From positions 142,560-206,559 of the forward strand of contig JBEKDZ010000001.1 of NCBI GenBank assembly GCA_050014095.1: DNA of 64,000 nt, in the 5' to 3' direction. The first letter of the stretch is position 1; every line of letters begins with the position of its first letter. The stretch comes from Dehalococcoidales bacterium. GTDB lineage: Bacteria > Chloroflexota > Dehalococcoidia > Dehalococcoidales > RBG-16-60-22. The translations under genes were made by a program, and so were the position numbers. The notes beneath the pieces are model-generated. The model was not told the DNA's origin, searched no databases, and worked only from the letters and a program-made list of their open reading frames with translations. Shown one piece after another: positions 55,004 through 64,000 of the stretch.

Positions 55004-55804
55004 ATGAACAAAAAGAATTTGTGGTTGATATTTAGTTTACTTAGCATTATCGCTTTCATCTCCACATCATGCGGAACAACTATCACCATAACTGTACCTT
55101 CAACATCAACGTCAGCGACTTTAACGCAATCACCGACACCTTCCCAGACATCGACACCTACCCAGACACAAACACCTACCCAGACACCAACACCTACACA
55201 AACACCTACCCAGACACCAACACCTACACAAACACCTACCCAGACACCAACACAAACACCAACACCGACACCAACAGCGAATGTTACAACCGAAATATAC
55301 GATTTTGAAAAACAACAAACGGCCTTGCCCAGCGGCTTTCAAGCAGGCTTAGGCGCAGTAACCACTAATGCTTCTACTCCAAAGGTTTGGAGTAATTATG
55401 AGATAGATAACGTAATGTCATATTCAGGTAACAAATCATTTAGTTTATCAGGCAATAGGTCTACAAATAGCTGGTACTTTATTTACAAACAAATGCTTAC
55501 AAACTATGACGGTATCTATATCTCGTACGTTGTAAAAGGGGACAACATTAGTCAAGAAGATGACCAGTTCCAGGATTGTTATCTCGGCTTCATGTTCACG
55601 GATAGTAGTGGAAACAAGACATTTAAAAGAAATTCTTATAGCGGAACATTCGATTGGAGTCAAGGCGAACTCCGTTTAAGCTCCGCCGAACTCAAATCCG
55701 TTAGAGACAACGGCTCCAGAGTTGATTTCGTTATCTTTTTAGCTATGTCGGGGGAACTCTGGGTAGATGATTTGAAATTTGAGTTTACATCGTTGAATCC
55801 ATAG
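55004..55804 (+). CDS. secreted or lipid-anchored protein with Pro/Thr/Gln linker and a ~170-aa beta-rich C-domain
   Basis: Signal peptide ending FISTSCG (lipobox-like), a (TPTQ)n linker, and a C-domain of unknown family. Confidence 0.6.
   Translation: MNKKNLWLIFSLLSIIAFISTSCGTTITITVPSTSTSATLTQSPTPSQTSTPTQTQTPTQTPTPTQTPTQTPTPTQTPTQTPTQTPTPTPTANVTTEIYDFEKQQTALPSGFQAGLGAVTTNASTPKVWSNYEIDNVMSYSGNKSFSLSGNRSTNSWYFIYKQMLTNYDGIYISYVVKGDNISQEDDQFQDCYLGFMFTDSSGNKTFKRNSYSGTFDWSQGELRLSSAELKSVRDNGSRVDFVIFLAMSGELWVDDLKFEFTSLNP
55145..55277 (+). repeat. in-frame tandem repeat (30-nt unit) encoding the TPTQTP linker
   Basis: cagacaccaacacctacacaaacacctacc at 55181-55210 is repeated exactly at 55211-55240, with degenerate copies on both sides. 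Confidence 0.85.
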
Positions 55805-55910
55805 GCGAGATAACACGTCATGAGTAACTTTTTCTATCTCTCGAGATGTTATTGGTTAGTTTGGCTATAATAACAAGTGTTTTATTAGGACGGCAAAGAT
55901 ATCAAGAGGC

Positions 55911-56987
55911 TTGCACTTTCCGTTTCTAACTGCTAAAAATAAGTCAGTGATTGAAAAACTAAACGTCCGCCAGCTTACCGAGGAGAGAGAAGCAAGCCTT
56001 TCGCCCCATGCCGCGCAAAGCCTCCTCTCGAAAGGCAGGCTACGCCCGGAAGAACCCGACCCCATCCGCACCGCCTTCCAGCGCGACCGTGACCGCATCA
56101 TCCACTGCAAGTCCTTCCGCCGCTTAAAACACAAGACGCAAGTGTTTATCGCCCCCCTCGGCGATCATTACGTTACCCGGCTCACCCATACGCTGGAAGT
56201 ATCGCAAATCGCCCGCACCATCGCCCGGGCTTTGAACCTCAACGAAGATTTGACCGAAGCCATTGCCCTGGGGCATGACCTGGGACATACGCCCTTCGGG
56301 CACTGGGGGGAAGACACGCTTAATGAGCTTTACGATAAGGGCTTCCGTCATAACGAGCAGAGTCTGCGTATCGTCGACCTGTTGGAAAAGGACGGGCGGG
56401 GACTTAATCTAACCTGGGAGGTGCGGGACGGCATCGTCAATCACTCCAAATCAGAGGTAACCGTCCTTGGCAAAGACTGGGGGGAGGTGGGCACTTTAGA
56501 AGGGGAGGTCGTTAAGATTTCCGATATGATAGCTTATATCAACCACGATATCGGCGATGCCGTACGGGCTGGTATTCTTACTGAAAACGATTTACCCCCT
56601 GCCGCCATCAAGGTGCTGGGCAGCTCTCACTCGCAGCGTATCAACACCATGGTTATCGATATCGTACAAAGCTCGTGGGACGTGCGCGTAAGTGATATAA
56701 TTAATAAGAAACCCACGATTAAAATGAGTCCCACGGTGCTTGCCGCCGCTGATGAAATGCGTGAGTTTCTTTCGGCACGTGTTTACACTCCGAGCATAGA
56801 AAGCGCCGAAGCCGCCAACGCTAAAAATGTGGTGGTGTTCCTCTGGCAGTATTTTAACCAGCACGCGGATAAACTACTGGCGGAGTACCGCCTCCATGCC
56901 GATACTACCGAGCGGGGGATAGTGGACTATATCGCTGGTATGACCGACCAGTATGCGCTAAGGCTGGCGGGAGAGCTGAACAGGTAA
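55911..56987 (+). CDS. dGTPase-like HD-domain triphosphohydrolase
   Basis: RTAFQRDRDRIIH, THTLEV and HDLGHTPFGH. The exact start is uncertain (TTG 55911). Confidence 0.9.
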   Translation: MHFPFLTAKNKSVIEKLNVRQLTEEREASLSPHAAQSLLSKGRLRPEEPDPIRTAFQRDRDRIIHCKSFRRLKHKTQVFIAPLGDHYVTRLTHTLEVSQIARTIARALNLNEDLTEAIALGHDLGHTPFGHWGEDTLNELYDKGFRHNEQSLRIVDLLEKDGRGLNLTWEVRDGIVNHSKSEVTVLGKDWGEVGTLEGEVVKISDMIAYINHDIGDAVRAGILTENDLPPAAIKVLGSSHSQRINTMVIDIVQSSWDVRVSDIINKKPTIKMSPTVLAAADEMREFLSARVYTPSIESAEAANAKNVVVFLWQYFNQHADKLLAEYRLHADTTERGIVDYIAGMTDQYALRLAGELNR

Positions 56988-56996
56988 AGGGCGTTT

Positions 56997-57200
56997 AAGA
57001 GGGGTGAACCCCTCTTCCTAACAAGTCTCCCTCTCCCTTGATGGGTTCACCCTGAAGGTTCACTCTGAAGGGAGAGGGCAGGGTGAGGGTGAAAATTAAG
57101 TGTAACCCCCTCACCCCGTATCAAGTACGGGTTCACCCTGAACGGTTCACCGTGAACGGGGCAAGCTCTTAATCCTCTCCCACAGAGGGGAGAGGAAAGG
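56997..57200. repeat. hairpin-repeat array
   Basis: Contains aagaggggtgaacccctctt, tctcccttgatgggttcaccctgaaggttcactctgaagggagaggg, ccccgtatcaagtacggg (the inner hairpin of the 57-nt repeat) and cctctcccacagaggggagagg. Confidence 0.8.
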
Positions 57201-57216
57201 ATTTGTATAAAGTAAA

Positions 57217-57831
57217 ATGATTACCATCATCGATTATAATGCCGGCAACATCAGAAGCGTCCTGCGTGCCTGCGCGGAGGTGGGGGCGGAAGCTTTTACC
57301 ACCAGCGACCCCACTCTCGTGGCTAAAGCCAAGAAAATCATCTTCCCTGGTGTCGGTGCGGCGCCCAGCGCCATGAAATACTTACAAGAAACGGGACTGG
57401 ACGCGGCACTCAGAAACGCCTTTAAAGCGGGCATACCAATATTGGGGATTTGTCTGGGGGCGCAGATAGTCCTCGATAGCTCCGAGGAAGGACCACAAAA
57501 ATGCCTCGGCTTAGTGCCGGGCAAAACCGTCCGCTTTAAACTCAAAGACAAAACCCTCAAGATACCACACATGGGCTGGAACGAGGTTAAGGTTGTCAAG
57601 CCCCACCCCCTGCTGGAAGGTATTAAAGCAGGCGATGAGTTCTACTTTGTCCACTCTTATTATCCCAATCCGTCGTTAAAAGAAAACATTTACGCCATCG
57701 CCGATTATGGCGGGGATTTTTGTTGTGCGTTAGGGTATAAAAACCTTTTTGCCACTCAATTCCACCCGGAAAAGAGCGGCCGGCTCGGACTGGAGTTATT
57801 GGAGAGGTTTACGAGGTGGGAAGGGAAGTAA
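57217..57831 (+). CDS. hisH: imidazole glycerol phosphate synthase, glutamine amidotransferase subunit
   Basis: PGVGA, catalytic GICLGAQ, FVHSY and QFHPEKS. Confidence 0.95.
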   Translation: MITIIDYNAGNIRSVLRACAEVGAEAFTTSDPTLVAKAKKIIFPGVGAAPSAMKYLQETGLDAALRNAFKAGIPILGICLGAQIVLDSSEEGPQKCLGLVPGKTVRFKLKDKTLKIPHMGWNEVKVVKPHPLLEGIKAGDEFYFVHSYYPNPSLKENIYAIADYGGDFCCALGYKNLFATQFHPEKSGRLGLELLERFTRWEGK

Positions 57832-57897
57832 ACAGTTGACAGTAGACAGTAAACAGTTGGTGGGGTGGGTACTGTAAACTGAAAACTGTTAACTGTT
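57831..57897. repeat. palindromic heptamer array: 4 x (A/G)ACAGT(T/A), an 11-nt G-rich loop, then 4 x (A/T)ACTG(T/A)(T/A)
   Basis: aacagtt gacagta gacagta aacagtt | ggtggggtggg | tactgta aactgaa aactgtt aactgtt. It lies between hisH and hisF. Confidence 0.8.
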
Positions 57898-57912
57898 AAC
57901 TAAAGGAAAACA

Positions 57913-58692
57913 ATGTTAAGCAAAAGATTAATCGTCTGTCTCGATGTCCGCGGCGGCAAACTCGCCAAGAGTGTCAAGTTCGTCGATACGAAAGATATCG
58001 GCGACCCCGTGGCTAAAGCCCGCCAGTACTATAACGACGGAGTGGATGAGCTTGTTTTCTACGATATCACCGCTTCGCGGGAAAATCGCGATATTATAAT
58101 CGACCTGGTGGAAAAAGCCGCCTCGCAAATATTTATCCCCTTCTCGGTCGGCGGCGGCATCCGCTCCGTGGGAGACGCTACCAAGCTGCGTAATGCCGGC
58201 GCGGAAAAAGTTAATGTGAACACCGCCGCCGTCAAACGCAAGGAATTGATAACAGAAATAGCGGACGCGATAGGTTCGCAGAGCACCATCCTCTCCATGG
58301 ATGTCCGCCGCACTAAAGCCAGCCAGGAAATCCCTTCCGGCTATGAGATAGTCATTAACGGCGGCGTAACACCCACCGGCGTCGATGCTTTATGGTGGGC
58401 AAAGGAAGGGGAAAAGCTTGGAGCGGGTGAGCTCGTCATCAACTCCATCGATGCCGACGGCACCAAGAACGGCTACGAGCTTAAGCTCACCCGGCTCATT
58501 GCCGACGCCGTCAGTATACCGGTCATCGCTTCGGGCGGGGCGGGCAAGCCGGAGCACCTTTATGAAGTGCTCACCGAAGGTCATGCCGATGCCGCTCTGG
58601 TAGCCTCTATCGTCCACTATGGAGAATACACCTGCCGCCAGCTTAAGGACTACCTGCATAGTCGCGGTATAAAAATGCGCATGAACTATTAA
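57913..58692 (+). CDS. hisF: imidazole glycerol phosphate synthase, cyclase subunit
   Basis: [27 protein letters not shown] and ASGGAG. Confidence 0.97.
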   Translation: MLSKRLIVCLDVRGGKLAKSVKFVDTKDIGDPVAKARQYYNDGVDELVFYDITASRENRDIIIDLVEKAASQIFIPFSVGGGIRSVGDATKLRNAGAEKVNVNTAAVKRKELITEIADAIGSQSTILSMDVRRTKASQEIPSGYEIVINGGVTPTGVDALWWAKEGEKLGAGELVINSIDADGTKNGYELKLTRLIADAVSIPVIASGGAGKPEHLYEVLTEGHADAALVASIVHYGEYTCRQLKDYLHSRGIKMRMNY

Positions 58693-58706
58693 GTCGATAA
58701 TCTACC

Positions 58707-59198
58707 ATGCAAAATCCAGTCGAAGCCTATATCGATATCGAGACCACCGGTCTCATGTATGGTGCCAGTGAAATCACGGTGGTCGGTATCTACCTCTGCC
58801 GCGACAATGAGACCGACTTCGTGCAGCTCGTCGGCAGGGATATCACCGCCGACGCCATTTTAGAAACTCTCGAAGGCGTGGAAATTATCTATACCTATAA
58901 CGGCAGCCGTTTCGATTTGCCTTTTATACGGTCGCAGTTCGGCATCGATTTAGCCTCTCTTTACCGCCATCGCGACCTCATGTACGACTGCTGGAGTAAG
59001 AACCTGCATGGCGGACTCAAGGGTGTGGAAAAACAGGTGGGTATAGCGCGCAATTTGCCGGATATGAATGGTCGAGAGGCTATAAAGCTCTGGTGGCAAT
59101 ACGTCGATTCCTTTGACCTCGACGCCCTGAATATGCTTTGCGAATATAATAAGGAAGATGTGGTCAACCTTAAGACACTGCGGGATATCTTGATTTAA
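58707..59198 (+). CDS. RNase H-like (YprB-type DEDD exonuclease fold) domain protein
   Basis: YIDIETTGL, YNGSRFDLPF and EYNKEDVVNL. Confidence 0.7.
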   Translation: MQNPVEAYIDIETTGLMYGASEITVVGIYLCRDNETDFVQLVGRDITADAILETLEGVEIIYTYNGSRFDLPFIRSQFGIDLASLYRHRDLMYDCWSKNLHGGLKGVEKQVGIARNLPDMNGREAIKLWWQYVDSFDLDALNMLCEYNKEDVVNLKTLRDILI

Positions 59199-59360
59199 AC
59201 CAAATTTCCCACACCCTACCTATTTGGTTATTGTATACCTCGGCTTCGCTCGGTACGAGTCTTGTATCTTGGAATTTCCCTCTCCTAGAGGCGTGAGCTT
59301 GCCCTATTTTAGTGCTATAATAAGAATGCGGAAAACCTTGGTATAAAGAGGAGATTTTTC

Positions 59361-60314
59361 ATGAACGACGAACTCAAGGTATTCACTGGTAACGCTCACC
59401 CGGAACTGGCAAAGGCGATAACAAAATCGCTGCATATACCACTTGGCAAGTGCGAGGTAACCCAATTCAGCAACGAAAACACCTTCGTGCGCGTTCTAGA
59501 AAATGTGAGAGAGCGAGATGTTTTTATCGTCCAGCCTATTTCATCGCCGGTCAATAGCCATATCATGGAGCTTCTTATCATGATTGACGCTATGAAGCGC
59601 GCCTCCGCCAGACGTATTACCGCCGTCATGCCCTATTACGCTTATGGTCGTTCGGATAAAAAAGACCAGCCCCGTGTCCCCATCACCGCCCGCCTGATAG
59701 CCGACCTGCTCACCGTAGCTGGCGCTAACCGCGTCTTGACCGTCGACCTGCATAAAGCCCAGATTCAGGGATTCTTCAATATACCCGTCGATGAGCTGAC
59801 CGCTTTTCACCTGTTGACTGACTACTTTAAAAAGAATAAAAAGGAAGCGATAAAAAACATGGTAGTCGTGGCCGCCGATTTCGGTATCACCAAGCAGGCA
59901 AGGGATATCGCCGCCTGGATGAAGAAACCGCTGGCTATCATGGAAAAAAGACGCATCGGTAACAAAGATAAGACCGAGCTACTAAATGTTATTGGTGACG
60001 TTGATGGCAAGAATGCCCTCATCGTCGATGAAGAAATCGATACTGCTGGTTCACTTGTCAGCGTCGTTGACGCCCTGGTTGCACGCGGCGCTAATGAAAT
60101 TTATGCCTGCTCCACCCACGCTGTTTTCTCCGGAGATGCGATAGAGAAAATAGCCAATTGCAAGGTAAAAAAAGTTGTCGTTACTAATTCTGTTCCTATC
60201 CCTCCGGGAAAAATAAGCGATAAAATTGAAATTATCCCCATCGCTCCTCTGCTCGGCGAAGCTATCAAGCGCATCCACACCGGCCAATCCGTAGGAGCCA
60301 TGTTTGAAAAGTAA
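59361..60314 (+). CDS. prs: ribose-phosphate diphosphokinase
   Basis: VFTGNAHPELA, YYAYGRSDKK, DLHKAQIQGFF, and a PRPP loop VDEEIDTAGS. Confidence 0.97.
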   Translation: MNDELKVFTGNAHPELAKAITKSLHIPLGKCEVTQFSNENTFVRVLENVRERDVFIVQPISSPVNSHIMELLIMIDAMKRASARRITAVMPYYAYGRSDKKDQPRVPITARLIADLLTVAGANRVLTVDLHKAQIQGFFNIPVDELTAFHLLTDYFKKNKKEAIKNMVVVAADFGITKQARDIAAWMKKPLAIMEKRRIGNKDKTELLNVIGDVDGKNALIVDEEIDTAGSLVSVVDALVARGANEIYACSTHAVFSGDAIEKIANCKVKKVVVTNSVPIPPGKISDKIEIIPIAPLLGEAIKRIHTGQSVGAMFEK

Positions 60315-60526
60315 CGAAAAAATGGTAGAAGTCTATCATGCTTACAACGCTATGGAGGCGCAGGTCATTAAAAGCCTGCTGGAAAGTTTTAATATTCCCT
60401 GTTTTCTCAAGTCCAACGCCGCCCCCTCCGTCCATACCTTTACGATGGACGGTATGGGCGAGGTGAAAATCATGGTTTTAGAGTCTCTGGCAGAAAAAGC
60501 CAGAGAACTGATTGTGAGTAAAGATA

Positions 60527-60534
<8 letters not shown>
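60304..60534 (+). CDS. DUF2007-like small protein
   Basis: 76 aa, overlapping both the prs stop and the secA start. The pattern YHAYNAMEAQVIKSLLESFNIP resembles DUF2007. Confidence 0.55.
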
Positions 60535-63484
<2,950 letters not shown>

Positions 63485-63515
63485 GAGGAGGGGGAGGAGA
63501 AATGGGGATTGTTTT

Positions 63516-64000
63516 ATGAAGAAACCCAGTAGAAAAGAACTGGTGATAGATTTTTTAAAAAAACATTTGAATGAAAGAATACATAATCAAGAACTAAGGA
63601 ATCTTTCTGGGTTGAACGATGTACCTAGAACCCTTCGACTTTTAAGACAAGAAGGATGGCAAATCAATGTACTTGGTGATGGTAATGTAATATTAACTTC
63701 ATTAGAAAAACTAGAAGCTCGCGGAATAAGAAAAGCTATTAGTGAACGTACAAGGTATGAGGTATTTAGCAGGGATGACTTTAAATGCCAAGGCTGTGGA
63801 CGAGGGATTGATGATGGTGTAAAGCTAGTCGTTGATCATATGCTTCCAGTTGATTGGGGAGGTACTAATGATATATCCAATCTTCAGACTTTGTGTCATG
63901 AATGTAACCAAGGCAAACAGGCTTGGTTTAAGTCTATCCCACCCCAAAACATGAAGGATATAATTGATAAACCAACGGTTGAACAAAGGATTGAGGCATT
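63516..64000 (+). CDS. HNH endonuclease with N-terminal HTH-like domain, 3' end cut by window edge
   Basis: The ORF is open to the window end and so is absent from the track. FKCQGCGRG...VVDHMLPVDWGGTNDISNLQTLCHECNQGK is an HNH core. The region is visibly AT-rich. Confidence 0.75.
   Translation, partial: MKKPSRKELVIDFLKKHLNERIHNQELRNLSGLNDVPRTLRLLRQEGWQINVLGDGNVILTSLEKLEARGIRKAISERTRYEVFSRDDFKCQGCGRGIDDGVKLVVDHMLPVDWGGTNDISNLQTLCHECNQGKQAWFKSIPPQNMKDIIDKPTVEQRIEA

Overview
This is a bacterial chromosomal segment, densely coding on both strands and dominated by housekeeping genes. These are eno, gap, dnaX-ybaB-recR-recO, serS, lysS, tRNA-Ser(UGA), prfB (with its +1 programmed frameshift), nfi, yebC-ruvC-ruvA, uvrB, rpsP, ppsA, hisH-hisF, prs and secA. 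A complete F1Fo ATP synthase operon (atpZ-B-E-F-H-A-G-D-C) lies on the minus strand. Gene content and the repeat families suggest an uncultivated anaerobe. My guess is Chloroflexota-like, which cannot be confirmed without a database search. Three things sit on top of this backbone. (i) At 5.1-9.3 kb, two paralogous tubulin/CetZ-like GTPases flank a 517-aa protein built from 13 in-register 25-residue helical repeats. This is the most interesting item in the window. (ii) Several visibly AT-rich accessory islets carry small nucleases and related cargo. They are a GIY-YIG cassette between perfect 57-nt direct repeats and an orphan HicB cassette that duplicated the first 19 nt of recO. There is also a DUF559 plus unknown gene pair between lysS and serS, and tandem GNAT genes after the tRNA. 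A mini-HNH/toxin-antitoxin island has about 0.9 kb of non-coding DNA. A TcmP (methyltransferase-like, start disrupted by a 1-nt shift) plus DUF5131 three-Cys pair is followed by a pseudo-receiver LuxR regulator. A second HNH gene lies at the window end. (iii) At least three families of short hairpin or heptamer repeats fill most intergenic gaps, including gaps inside the atp operon. That operon also hosts an inserted Cys-rich DUF3795 gene. I recognised no rRNA, CRISPR array, transposase or integrase. All family calls come from motifs read by eye, and no searches were run.
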